Origin: the human T2T-CHM13v2.0 reference genome, Homo sapiens
Direction: 5' to 3' (one strand)
NCBI RefSeq assembly: GCF_009914755.1
Contig: NC_060938.1
Length of the DNA stretch: 64,000 nt
Below the pieces are notes generated by a model. That model saw only the letters and a program-made list of their open reading frames with translations, had not been told where the DNA came from and did not search any database. Position numbers and translations under genes: made by a program. Shown one piece after another: positions 10,924 to 23,845 of the stretch; the stretch's first letter is position 1; each line of letters opens with the position of its first letter.

Positions 10924-12349
10924 TGTTGGGGCTCAGAACATGATACTCCAAAGTATGGCACTTAGGCATGTTGAGTACTTTGAACTAAAGGAGATGGGAA
11001 AGCCTCAGGAGCAAGGTCTCTCTCATGTTCTCCAATCCTCCTGTCTCCTATCCCTCTTTCTCCTCTGAAACAGTTCATAGAAATCAGAATTCCACTTCCC
11101 CTAGATGGGTCATAGAAACTAGAACCCGTCTCTCAAAACAAGCCATAAAACCTAGAAAGGTCTCTCTACTTTTTCCCTTCAAGGCCCTCATTCCAGCAGA
11201 GTCTTGGCCCATACCCAGGAGGAAGGAATGCTACAGGTTGAATAAGAAGAATCTGAACAGACAGGCCTTGCCTTATTAGCTTTCCCTCTTCTGTCTATTA
11301 CTATTAGATTATACACCCTTTGTCTAATTGCATTTTTACACTGCTGTCCATTCTTTATCAAATACTAGCATAAAAATGGACACTCTTCCCTGAGTCTTTG
11401 GGTCTTTATCCCTGAAGTATCTCTTGTCATGTAAAACAAATATGTTTATTATACTTTTCTCTCATTAACCAATATGTCTTTTGTTATAGTGAGACAAGAG
11501 AGTTTCCTGGCCCCCCTCACAGTGTGTGTGACAGGGGTGTGGCTCTCTGTTAGACTGCTGTGAGCTCAAACCCCTTGCAGGAGAGAGAACACACAGATGG
11601 GCAGGTGCAGGAGCCAGGGCAAGTGCTATGGGCTCCAGCCCCGCAGTAGTGTCTAGGGGTGGGTGCCTGTGATGCCAGTGTTACAATGCTCTTTTAGCCT
11701 TGCTGTCCACAGATGGCTTAAGTGTTAACCAGGTTAGTGTCCCCTCTGCCTTTCTGCAAGAACAGAGGGCCAGTGTGACAGCTTTCTGTATCCTGAGCTC
11801 TTGCCCAGCGTCCCAGAAGAATTGGGTCACACACAGACTTGAAGGATGAATGTGGGGGTTTTATTGAGTAGTGGAGGTGTATCTCAGCAGGATGGATGGG
11901 AAGGCAGAAGGGGGATGGAATGGAAAGGTGATTTTTCCCTGGAGTTTGGTCATGCAGTGGCTGAACTCCTCTCCAGCCACCCCCAGCTGAACTCCTCTTG
12001 GCCTTCAGTTGCCTCTTCTCCTCTTCCTTTCTCTGCTGCACTGTTCTGCAATTTCTCTGCTTGCCTCTTTGTCTCTCCTCTTTTTGTCTGCTTCTGGACC
12101 CTGAGGTTTGGGGTTTATAGGGTACGGAATAGGGAGTGTGACAGGTCAAAAGAGAACTTTTTGGGCACAAGAACAGGAATTCCTGTCCCCATTTAGGATC
12201 GTGGGTCTCCAGGCTTGAGGGTGGGGCCTTCGCCAGGGAACCGCCCTCTTCTACCCAGTATTTCCCTGTCTCCTGTCCACATCAATAGGAGGGTAGGCTG
12301 TAGCCTTCATGATGGGTGAAGAAAGATATCACACCTTTCTGCCTCTATA
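10924..12349 (+). mobile_element. MER34C-like ERV1 solo LTR interrupted by LTR1
   Basis: Starts TGTTGGGGCTCAGAACATGATACTCCAAAGTATGG. The 3' end resumes at 12285 and runs to GCCTCTATA. TSD CCTG/CCTA. Confidence 0.8.
11490..12284 (-). mobile_element. LTR1-family ERV1 solo LTR
   Basis: The reverse complement starts TGATGTGGACAGGAGACAGGGAAATACTGGGTAGAAGAGGGCGG. ~795 bp, perfect 4-bp TSD ATAG. Confidence 0.85.
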
Positions 12350-13639
12350 CCTAGTAAGATAAAGCCTACTACATGGAAGAAATAATTGATTAATTGATTT
12401 ATTCTCAGTGGCTCCTATTAAGCTGTGCTTAGGAGTAGCTGCCTAGGTGTTGCCTTTATAATTAGAACAGCTGCTTTATTTGGCTATAAATTCTGTTTTC
12501 AAAGAAAAGTTTGTGTGAAGCTTGCATAGCATTTGCATTCATCTTTCATTCAATTGTAGCAATCACTTAGCCAACCAAGTGTGCATCGCAGGAATCTTTG
12601 GCAGTGCAAGCTAAGGAGAGCAATGTTAGGCTATTTAATGTTCATTGTGTTAGGCTTTTGGGTTTTCATCAAAGCTGAAATGTAAAAGTTGGGAAATTTA
12701 TCCCCGGTCTAAATGCTCATTATTTGCATTTCTTTTCAGTCTATTTTTGTCCCTTTAAGTAGACCCAGCATAAACTGGCCAGTGGTGGTTTTCTTTTACA
12801 TGCAGATTAACACTTTAACAAAAGTTTACTGTTACAAAGCCCGTAACATGAATTTTCCACCAAAATATTCTCTTAATTAAGCACTTTCTAGGCAATTAGA
12901 GAAAAAATGGAATAGGCAAATTTAAGAGAGAAAATAATTAGGAAGATATAAAAAGAAATGCTAGACACTCTTTTAATAGTGCCTGATCTGTGAGCTTTCA
13001 ACTTGTATAAGCAAACCACTGCTGTCATTTTCTATGGCTCACACAGAAGGCCCCAGCTGTCCTTCAGTGGAGCCTTTGGTATTACCCCAAGGGACATAGA
13101 GAGCTACTAAAGTGAAGTTGCCTGCCCAAGGAAGCCAATGACTTTGAGCCTGGGTACCAATACTTACTATGTTGCTTCTTCTGCCAGGAGCCACAACCAT
13201 CATTTCCATACTAGGTACCAACCATCACCAAATTCTCCTAAGACTTGTTAGGAGCTTCGGCCTCACTAACCAATCCTTCTCATTTCATAACAAGTAGTCC
13301 CTACTGCTCCAGACCTCACTGATACAGTGCTATTATTTTTCTTAATATAATGCATCACTTCATAACTCCTCTAAAGCTCCATTGTAAATAGAAACCATAG
13401 AATTTCAAATATTCTATTTATCCTGCCATGGGGAATGCCATGTATCCTAATTTTTTATTCAGAAACTCTGTTTACTCCATTTCTAGAATCCTGTCAACAT
13501 GGATGAGGAGAGAAATATATTCATATTCTGTAGTGGAAAGATTTTAGCTTTTCTTGTTAGTGCTAACAACAGGAGATAAGGGTTTATGAGAGTTGTTCCT
13601 GACATCCCCTGTTGGAACCTGGGCTATATTTTGCTACAG

Positions 13640-13817
13640 AAATCATAATGAAATTGCTTTTGTTTACATAGGATTATAGAGGCTCATATAAACTCTTTGT
13701 GGTAAGCTAATGTCCCTTATACAATTATTTCCATGGGTAAATGCTTCAAATATCAAGCAATAACTTATCTAACACCTTTTGGAATTTAGCCTCATTATTG
13801 ACTGTAGACTGCTTATA
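13640..13817. mobile_element. Probable TcMar-Tigger-derived fragment
   Basis: ATTATTTCCATGGGTAAATG...CTTTTGGAA...GACTGCTTATA resembles Tigger MITE termini but is very degenerate. Confidence 0.35.
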
Positions 13818-14569
13818 AGAATTCTGCAGTCCTTACGTTGATGATACACATACCTGTGTCATGTATGTACACTAAACTTAAACAGTTTGGAAGTTGAAAG
13901 GACGTATTCTTTAGTTAAATATTACCCCAAACTAGTTTTGTAACCATAACAGAGATATATATGTGAACAAGGATTTTAGCTCATCCCTCAGAGAGTTCAT
14001 TTTGCAGGGAAGAAATGAATGTCATTACACAATGATAAAATAATAGAAGGAAAGTACCTCAGTGAAGATAAATACAGTTTGTTATGCGAAGGATTGTACT
14101 GAAAGAGGGATTCATTCTTCCGGGTGGAGCTGAAGAAAGCTCAGTAGAGGAGGAGTCAGTTAAGTCAGGTGTTCAAATATTAGTGGGAGTCTACCAGAAG
14201 GAAGACAGGGACAGATATCTGAGCACGAGCAAAGACTACAGATGGGTCTTCTGTTTGAAATTCTTAGTACAATTTTGTGTCTACTATTCATCGCCCATAT
14301 TTTAACTCTTTATTTAGTACAAGCTCTTCTTTTCTCTTTAATCACTTGTTAGACTGTCCTAGTTCCCCTGCGTGTTCCAAATCGCCAAAGACATCATCAC
14401 ACTGCTTCCACAAATGTTTGCTGTCCCTGACTTACCATCTTCTGGAGATAATGTGAACATGAAAGAAGCTGGAATTTTGATCTGCTTCTCCTCACTGTGC
14501 CATACCAATTCTTTCCAGGAATATATTGAGATAGGAGCAGGAAAGGCTATTGTCACTGAATCTTTGTTC

Positions 14570-15004
14570 TATACACTACAAATTGTTCTCACACATCGGC
14601 ATGCACCGTGCTTTCTCTTCTCCAAGATTTTGCATACCTGCTGCCTTCTGCCTTGAGTATTTTCCACTACTACTTAGCCTAATATGTCTTCTTACTATTG
14701 AGGATGGAATTTTGATGTTATTTTCTTTGGGTAACTTTTCCTGAATTTCCAGACCGTCCAGACCATTAAATATCAGGTGTCTCTGCTTTATGCGTCCATA
14801 AAACTTCATATTTCTCCTATCAAATAAGTCTGTATTACAATTGCTTAACTGTCTCTATCCACCACTGGACAGCAAATTTCGTGCAAGTAGATATTATGTT
14901 CGTCCTATTTATTATGAAATACCTGTTGTCTACCTTATTTTATATAGGCATTATAAAATGCCTATATAAAATAGATGCTTATTAAATATTTGTTGAATAA
15001 ATAA
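14570..15004 (+). mobile_element. L2 3' end
   Basis: CTGCCTTCTGCCTTGAG..., ending TTATTAAATATTTGTTGAATAAATAAA. Confidence 0.6.
14936..14973. repeat. Perfect 17-bp inverted repeat with 4-nt loop
   Basis: TATTTTATATAGGCATT-ATAA-AATGCCTATATAAAATA. Confidence 0.97.
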
Positions 15005-15039
15005 AGGAACATTTGGTAAAGTAATACACACAGTAATAT

Positions 15040-15230
15040 TGATTTATTCACCATTTATCATGTTCAGGTACTTTAAATATACCATCTCATTTTAATTTGA
15101 TTTTTAATGTAGTCATTTGTAAGAGTTGTTATTATCTATATTTTTAGGTGTAGAAAATGGGACTTGGAGAGAAAGCTTGCCAGAGATTTCACTGTTTATA
15201 ATGGGGCCACTTTGGAGGTTCTCTAAAGGT
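15040..15230 (-). mobile_element. MIR
   Basis: TTATTATCTATATTTTTAGGTGTAGAAAATGGGACTTGGAGAG, a degenerate MIR core. Confidence 0.5.
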
Positions 15231-16472
15231 GTTATTTATTTTTCCCCAAAATGCTTTTCTTTATAAATCATTTAGCCTAAAATCATTGCATAGCTGTGCT
15301 CTTTGTAAGAACTCTTTGTAAAATTCATCTTTTTTAAGAAACAGGAAAGCACATTTGCCAAGAGTCAATAAACAAACACCTCAAGTGGTTCAAACTTGAA
15401 AGGTATACATCAGAAGCTTTGAGAAACATTTAACCTTGACATTCTCCAATCTTAATTGACAAGTCTGGTGTTGGTTACTTGCTGAGATAAGAGAGATTTT
15501 CAGTGTCTAATATGCAGGTCGCTGGCTTTAAGTTGGGTCCATTATAATTTATTGTAGTCCTGACAGTTCTAGGTGATATAAAAAAGAAAGATTGGCTTTA
15601 TTAGGTGATTTCCCCATCTTTGGTAGGGCTACTTTAATAGATGATAATAATGGTTAACAACTTGATGACATTTCCCCGATTTTATTTTAGCATTTGGAGG
15701 GTGGTGAATTCTAGGACTCACTAATAATGGAATGAGCTCATAGCCCAGAATAGTGAGTCTGGGAGCTGCAAGAAGTCCATTTTTTCTAAACTTCAGCCCT
15801 GTGGCTTTAGCTCTGTGCCTTTCCAAGTACAACCTGACATTCGTGTCTGATTGGTTGAAAGCTCCTAGCAGCAATTAAGAATATACGTGAATACTTATCC
15901 AAATGTTCCAACTTAATATATTTCACCAGAAACAGAAAGCCCAGGTAGTTTGCTTGGTTTGGAAAGACTTTTGATACTTGCTCATATTTAGAACCAGCCT
16001 TATATCTAAGCAGACTGGTGACTTTCAGTGTCACTTGAAAGCATCCTGTCCCCCCAAAACTCCTCTGGTTTATTCCCAAATCCCAGAAATTCAACATGGA
16101 AAAATTCTTCATGATTAATGATTAGGTTGTAAATAACCCTAGACAAGTAGTGCCTTAGCTTACATTCATGCTTGAACGTACGTAATTGTAATATATCTGT
16201 CCCTGTAATCTGCGATAGGATCAGAGTGAAAGCACATTAGGACCCCGGCTGTCTGATAGAATAAAAGGGGAAAGCTGTTGCACTAAAGACAAAACTGCTA
16301 GTATACACTTCTTCTAAGAGCTACCCCTGTTCATGCTCATCTCTCTCTCACTTTTCTTCTTCCCTTTGTTCTTTGATCATCGCATCACCTCTCCTCAAAC
16401 TGTCTTTTACAGTGAGTAGGGTTTTGGAGTAGGGCTTCAAAGTTGGGCTTGTTCTTCACTCAAAAATGGTGG

Positions 16473-17052
16473 TGTGATGGGCAGCATTCTAAGAATGACC
16501 CCCAGTGATGCTTCTATTTGAATGTAGGTGAAACCTGCAAATAGGATGATATACCATTCCCGTGATTATATCACCTTATATGATAAAAGGGTAATTATCT
16601 GGGTGAGATGAATCTAATCACAGGAGCCCATTAGAAGCAGAGAGTTTTCCCCAGCTTGTGATAAAAGGTGAAGGAAGAGATTCAAAGTAGAAGAAGAATC
16701 TAATATACCCTTGCTGGATTTCAAGATGGAGAGGGTCACATGCCAAAAAAATGCTGGTGTCCTCTTGAAGCAGACAGTGGCTCAGGAGTGACTACCAGCA
16801 AGAAAATGGGGTCCTCATTCCTGTAACTACAAGAAACTTAATTCTGCCAATAACTTGAACTTGTAAGAAGATTCTTCCCAAAATCCTTCAGATACGATTT
16901 GAGTCTAGTCAACCCTTTGGTTTCAGGCTGTGAAGCCCTAAGCGGGGAATTCCCTTGAGCCCACCTGGACTCATGACCTACAGAACTGTGAGACAACAAA
17001 TGGAATGTTGTTTTATGCTGCCAAATTTGTGACAATTTATTATATTAATACA
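16473..17052 (+). mobile_element. MLT1E-like MaLR solo LTR
   Basis: TGTGATGGGCAGCATTCTAAG...GACCTACAGAACTGTGAGA...TAATACA. Confidence 0.8.
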
Positions 17053-17368
17053 CATAGCAATCTAATTTCCCTTTCACACATAGAAATGTTTGCCACTTCA
17101 TATTGCAATGCACAGAACCAGGTCTTTAGCTGTTGAAAGATCTTACATATTCTATAATTTTCTTGTTGATGAAGTTTTGCAATTTAATTGTGTTCTATTT
17201 AGTTTTGATTACAAATAACTTTTCTTTTTTCACTTATCCAGAAAACTGTTTTTTTTTTTTAAATAAAACAATTATTTTCTGCAAAGACCATGTCTGTATT
17301 TGTTTGTACTAATAGACATGGTGGGCATTGAAAAACGTGCTGATATTGAAATTATTATTAAATATCAG

Positions 17369-17751
17369 TGATATGGTTGGCTGTTTTCACAACCCAAATC
17401 TCATCTTGAACTATAGTTCCCAGAATCCCCATGTATTGTGGGTGGGAGGGACCCAGTGGGAGGTAATTGAATCATGGAGGCAGTTACCCCCATGTTGCTG
17501 TTCTCATGATAGTGAATGAGTTCTTATGAGTTCCGATGGTTTTATAAGAGGCTTTTCCCCCTTTTGCTTGTCATTTCTTTTTGTTGCCACCATGTGAAGA
17601 AAGACTTGTTTGCTTCCCTTTCTGCCGTGATTGTAAGTTTCCTGAGGCCTCCCCAGCCATGCGGAACTGTGAGTCAATTAAATGTCTTTCCTTTCCAAAT
17701 TACCCGGTCTCAGGTATGTCTTTATTAGCATCGTGATAGCAGGCTAATACA
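17369..17751 (+). mobile_element. THE1 (D-like) MaLR solo LTR
   Basis: TGATATGG...GCTAATACA with perfect 5-bp TSD ATCAG. Confidence 0.92.
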
Positions 17752-18596
17752 ATCAGCATAATCATCATTACATCCTTTGTTACTAGGTTTCCTCAGCTAT
17801 GCAATAGCTATATGATCCTAGAGATGGAGGGACCTTAAAGATGCAGGATTCAGGGTTTCTCAGTCTAGGTGAAAAGGAGAACAACCCTTAAAATGGAACA
17901 TCTATACCTTAGGAAGAATTAGGTGAGAGGATATGTTTGCATTTTAAATAACATTTTATAATTCATGTCCTCTTTGGATAAACACTAAACAATCAAAGCT
18001 CTTTATTTTCCAGATATGAAAACCAATCCAGGAAGGCTAAGTAACCTGCACAATGTTATACTGTAACAATAGGAGTAGAACAAATTTTAAGAGTGAGAGT
18101 TTCTTTCAAATTATGCTTTCATATTACTGGTCTTTCCCAAGTATCTCAGATACTCTAGAGTCAGTGTGTCACATTCTGAATTCCCAGGCAATGGTGATTT
18201 CCTAGAATTGAGTACATCTAAGGGTTGCTTTTATAAAGCCATTAGTGTCCGCATCACTCGTTTTGTCTTCCCAAAGTCAAGCAGTTCGGGATTATTTAGA
18301 ATAGATGCTTCTATGCCTTTGGAAGCAGAGAAATCACTTCCTGCTTCCCACCTCCCAAGAGTAACAAAAGACTTCTAACATTTTAATGCACATTTGTCTT
18401 TGAATGAAAAACACATTTAAAGAACACAAGAGAAAGAAATTATGATGTTATGTTTCTAATAATAGAAAAAAATGTGTTAATGGAAAAACTGTACGATCAG
18501 GGTTATTGAAATATCTGGTTAGTAATCAAAGTATAATCAGATGTTTCCTCACATCTTTCCAGTCCTAAGAATGAAAAACCAAGAATATGTTACGTA

Positions 18597-18783
18597 AGTA
18601 GATCTTGAACCTTAGTGTACATCATCATGACATGGAAGGATTGTTAAGTTACAGCTTGCTGGGCTGCACAACTATAATTTCTGATTCAGTGGGCTTGGGG
18701 CAAGGCCAGGAATTTATAGTTCTAACAATTTCCCAAGAGATGCTGCTGTTGCTGTTCTGGGAACCACACTTTGAGAACTACTT
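18597..18783 (-). mobile_element. MER5A
   Basis: TTTCTGATTCAGTGGGCTTGGGG...GAACCACACTTTGAGAACTAC. Confidence 0.8.
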
Positions 18784-19262
18784 GGGTATTGAAACTGCTC
18801 CAGATATTTCATGATGACTACTAGCATGACTCTAGTGGGATTTAGAGCCTTCCAGGGCATGATGAGAGGTAAGGTTGTAAATACAAACATCCCTGGGGAA
18901 ATGGCAGTGGCTTATTCATTTTCCAAACATTTGCTAGGGACTTTATGTGACCAAGCTCTATGTCGGACATCATAGTTATAAAATAACAAGTCATTATCCC
19001 AATCAGAGAAAAAGGAACACAAACAACAAAATATAATGTGAAATTATATTATGATTTACATATATAATATATAAATAAAATATTTATAGCTAGAAGTGAG
19101 CACATCATGGTCTACAAAGACAAAGTTGGAGTTACCCAAAATATCAAGGGAGGAATGGCCCATGAGTTGATTATTAACTGTCAGTAAAGTAGCTAATGCT
19201 TAGAGAAATATGTGTTTAGATGCTATACTAAGCACAATTCATTGTCTTATTTAATTTAACCC

Positions 19263-19639
19263 TGATATAGTTTGGCTCTGTGTCCCCACCCAAATCTCAT
19301 CTCAGATTGTAATTCCAAAGTGTTAAGGGAGGACGTGTAATCCCCCTGTGTCTAGAGAGGGAGTTAAAGATATCATGAAGGCAGTTCTCCAATGCCGTTC
19401 TCATGGTAGTGAGTTCTCACAAGATCTGATGGTCTTATAAGTGTTTGGAAGTTCCTCCTTTGTGCTTCTCTGCCGCCCATGTGAAGAAGGTCCTTTCTTC
19501 CCCTTCACCTTCTGCTGTAATTGTAAGTTTCCTGAGGCCTCCCAAACAACATGGAACTGTGAGTCAATTAAACCTCTTTCCTTTATAAATTACCCGGTCT
19601 TGGGTATTTCTTTATAGCAGTGTGAAATGGACTAATACA
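19263..19639 (+). mobile_element. THE1/MST MaLR solo LTR
   Basis: TGATATAGTTTGGCTCTGTGTCCCCACCCAAATCTC...GGACTAATACA. No matching TSD. Confidence 0.9.
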
Positions 19640-20039
19640 GGCATTCACATGCATACACACAGAGAGACATTCTTTAGAGTTAAATATTATTAGCCTTTGA
19701 TTGTTGTACTAGATTTAACCCCCACTTACTTACTCAAAGACATGGCAAGCCTCTTTAGTCTATGTTCTATTATCAGTTTTTCTCTACCTATTGATTAGAT
19801 TACTTCCATCAGCAGAGCTACGTGCTATTATTCTTCCCATCTTGGAAGAGAAATCTCTTTTTGGGCAAACGTTATTCTCTAGTAACTGACTCAAGGCTCT
19901 GTTTTGCTCTATAACAACTACTGAATCTATCTTGTTTGCCAATTCTTCTTTTGAACTTCTGCTAAAGATTGGGGGCATCCCACTCTACCTAAATTGTTCT
20001 TATCAGTCATCAATAATTTCTACTGTACGACATTCAATG

Positions 20040-22400
20040 GTTAGCTTAAAGTCACTAACATTTGTCATAGTAGGTCAATTCTGAAGATGGTGTCATCTAC
20101 TGAATACTGACTAACTTGAAACACTTTCCTCATTCACTTGGCTCAGAGGCCATCAGGATATGATTTTAATCCTACCTCATTGACTACTTCCTCTAGGTCT
20201 TTTTTCTAATTCTTCTTTTTTTGTAACTTTTTAAACTATAACTCTACTTTATTAATATATAACTTTTATACACAAAAATAATTATGTAACTGAATAAATT
20301 TCAACAAATGTATATTCTATTTAATCTTCACCCAATAGAGACATATTATTTCCTTCACCCTGGTTATTTCCCATATGCTACTGAAATAACAACTATACTG
20401 ATTTCTGTAACTATACATAGTTTTGCCTGTTTTTCACCTTCATATAAATATGATGTATATTTTTTATGTCTGATTTCTTTTGCTCAACATAATGTATTTA
20501 TGATCTATCTACATTGGTGCATGTAACAGGAGTCATTTTTTTCTTACTGTTTAATATTTCATTGAACGTTATATGTTCTTTATACACTGGCTTTTGAGTT
20601 GTTTTCTGCTTTTGACTCCGATGACTGCAGCAGCTCTAAGTATTCTTGTGGAAGTTTTTATATGGACATTTGTTTTCATTTCTCTTAGATAAAATATCTA
20701 GGGGTAGATTTTCTGGGCTATTGGATAGTTGTATGTTTAACTTCATAAAAAGTTGCCAGTTTTTCAAAATGGTTGTACCACGTTAACTCCAACAAGCAAA
20801 TTTGAAAGGTATTGTTCCTTGTTATGAAGTCTGTTCTATCTGATATTAATATAGTCATACAAACTTTCTTTTATTTTATTTTACTATCAAGCTCTCTATG
20901 TCCTCACATTTAGAATTTGTTTCCTATAAACAGCATTTTATTTTTATCCCTTTATTTTTATCTAGTCTGGTATTGTCTTTTAATTGGAAGACTTAGTCAA
21001 CTTACACTTAGGGTTATTTGTGATTTAGTTGGCATTTTAAGGTGACCGTTTCACTGTGTGTTTAAGTATCCCATCTGTTTGTTTCTTTTTTTCTCCTTTT
21101 CTGTATATGTTTGAATGAATTGAGTACTGTTTAGTATTTAATTTTATCTAATCTATTGCTTTTTTAGCTATGTATCTTTGTATTATTTTTATGTTTGTGC
21201 TTGCTCTAAAAATATAATATGCATTCTTAGCTCACCATGGCCTACTTCGAATCAATTCAATGAAATTTGCCCAATAAAAAGAAGTCTTACCATAGTGTAA
21301 TGTCATTTAACCCTGGTTTTGCCCTTTTTTCTATTGTTGTCATATATTTGATTTTTACCTAAGTTACAATTTCTTGTTTCTAAATGTTGGAGGGGCCTTA
21401 GATAAATCATTGCATCTTTTCAGTTTTTGATCTATACTTGTTCTCTTAATGGTCACTTGCAATCTCATGGCTTTAAAAATACTGATGATCCTCCAAATTA
21501 TATCTGCAGCCCTGACCTCTCCTATGAACTTTAGACTCATGTATTGGAACTACTGCTTGATGTATTAATTAGACGCCTAATAGGAATCCAAATATCTCCT
21601 TCTAAAAGTGCTGTTCTTGCAATATTCTTTATCTCATTTAATTGTCTTTCATTATTGTCATTTCTCGGAACCAAAGTTGTTGTCCTCAACTCTTCTTTTC
21701 TCTCATATCCAAATCTACTCCTTTAATAAGTCTGGCCATTTTGGCTTTCCATATGTAGCCACAATTTGAATGACCATTTTCTTTCACCTTAATTACTACA
21801 TTCCTGGTCTAAGTCACCATCACCACACTCCTGATCGTTGCATGGTCCTCATAAGTGGTCATCCTCCTTCCCCCCTTAAGCTCCTTCAGTTTAGCAGTCG
21901 TCAAGATCCTTTGAGATGTAAGTTGGATCAAAGCCTTTCAATACAATCTCACCTCACTCAAAGTAAAATTCAAGTCCTCATTGTGATCTATAAGGCTCTA
22001 CATAAACTGACTCCCTTGACCTTCTATTCCTTTCCTGCCTTACTCATTCTGCTCCTAAAACACTCATTTTCTCCTTCAGAGCTCGCAGACCTGTTCATGT
22101 TCAAGCCAGAAATGTTCACTCCAAGATATTAGATATGTCACTCAACCCCTCATCTCTTTCAGATCTTTATTCAAATGTATAAGTGAAGATCTTTGATTCT
22201 CCGTCCTGATACTCCTAGCCATCTGTATTGAATAATTTTATTTTGAAGTGCTTATCACTATGTGACCTATTTTTTTTGTATTTTTTTGTGTTGCTAATTG
22301 TTCATATCTTCCACTAAAATGAAAACTTCATGAGGGCAGGGCTATTCATCTGTTTTGCTCACTGCTGTATAAGCACAATAAATATTTTATATTCATTAAA
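20040..22400 (+). mobile_element. L2 (long 3' portion) interrupted by an old L1
   Basis: TCTCATGGCTTTAAA...CTCCAAATTATATCTGCAGCCCTGACCTCTCC, then CTTCATGAGGGCAGGG...TTGCTCACTGCTGTAT near the end. Confidence 0.75.
20216..21375 (-). mobile_element. Old L1M/L1ME fragments
   Basis: T-rich antisense L1 3' end (TTCTTTTGCTCAACATAATG, AAAATGGTTGTACCA), followed by more upstream L1ME sequence. Confidence 0.7.
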
Positions 22401-23750
22401 AATACAAGAGTGAATCTTCAATTTAAATATGGGAAAACTGAGGCTTATGAAGGTTAAGTAACTTTCTGATGGTCATAAAATCAGTAAGTGGTAAAATGGA
22501 GATGAATAGGGTAACTAAATGAAGGTTAGGGCTAATGAGGGCATTTGCAGTAGTGGAAACAATGCTGAGAAAATTGGCCAATGGGTTGTATATTAGAGAT
22601 TAGAAACAACTTGATGTTGATAAAGGATAGCGATAGACAGAACACCTTCTAAGGAGCTTGGATTACTATATGACAGAGGGGCTGAAAGAGTGAAGCAAAA
22701 TGGTCCTGATTGCACTTGAAGAAAAGAAAATGATGCATATACTGAGTTAGATGCAAGCTTTAGGAATCTAGCACTTTTTTTTCATCAGAGTGAAGAATGT
22801 GTGAAGATGGTACACATAGATGTTTAGATATCTACTATGCAACTGCCTCTGTTCTTCAAAGATAGCCATATAACCAAGTTACAATCACCTTGATTATAGG
22901 AAACTCAGACTTTCCAAAATGTTCTCATTCTTACCATGTCTGCATGCCAATACACATTTCAACTTTCCTCAGACAATGAAGCCTGTGCTACCATCATATC
23001 GCTTAACCCAAAGTGTCTCAGGCTGTGCCCAGCTCCAACACCGTCCTGAGTTTCCCTCACTCTGGTCACTGTCATTGCTGCTAAGGTTGAATCTCAGGTG
23101 GGCTGTTTTTCATAAGAGCCAGATGCACATAGCAGAGTTGGGGGTGAGGTCTTTTGCAAATTGATATCCACATCCATGCTGTGGGTTTTGTAGAATCCCC
23201 TTGCAAAATTGCTTCAGTATTGATCCACATATGAGATTGGTGAAAGATTAGAGGCTCCATCACATCTGCTTAGTTGTGCTTTACCACTATTTTGGGTATA
23301 GAATCTGGAGTTCTTGACTCTCCTCAACCTAGAGCCAACAAGATAACTCTTTTATTTGTTTATTTTTTATTTCCAACCTAGAGACTTGAAGGTACTAGCA
23401 CTGCCTCCTATATCTCTCAAATCTCCACTTACTTTATAGTCATCCTCTATTTTATAAAGCCCCTCAAACTCTACAGAATCTTCAACTTCCATTCCTATCT
23501 TGGAACACCTTAACCCAAGTTTTCCAATTGAGCCTATTCACCCAAAGTTCAATGATCTAGATACATAGAAAACATTGAAACATAATTTTAGTATTTTTTG
23601 ACCTGGCTATTTAGCATCATCCAGATACTCAAATATTTCTATTTCCAACTCCCATACCCAAGTTCTGATCTTTGGATGCCATCTACAAATTTATTAATTG
23701 AGAAAGCATTGATTACATAGTAGGTATTCTGCTTGACCTTTTTAAACCTT

Positions 23751-23845
23751 GCCCTTCCCCTTCTCCATCTTCTCCTTCTCCTTCTCCCCCTTCCCCTTCC
23801 CCTTCCCCTTCCCCTTCTCCTTCTCCTTCTTCTTCTTCTTCTTCT
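23751..23845. repeat. Polypyrimidine simple repeat (CCCCTT/CTCCTT/CTT)n
   Basis: ~95 bp of almost pure C/T, derived from the tail of the adjacent Alu monomer. Confidence 0.95.

Noticed and set aside
19305-19365. Internal duplication within the THE1/MST LTR
   Set aside because: I recall this as a shared subfamily variant rather than a locus-specific event, though I have not verified it.
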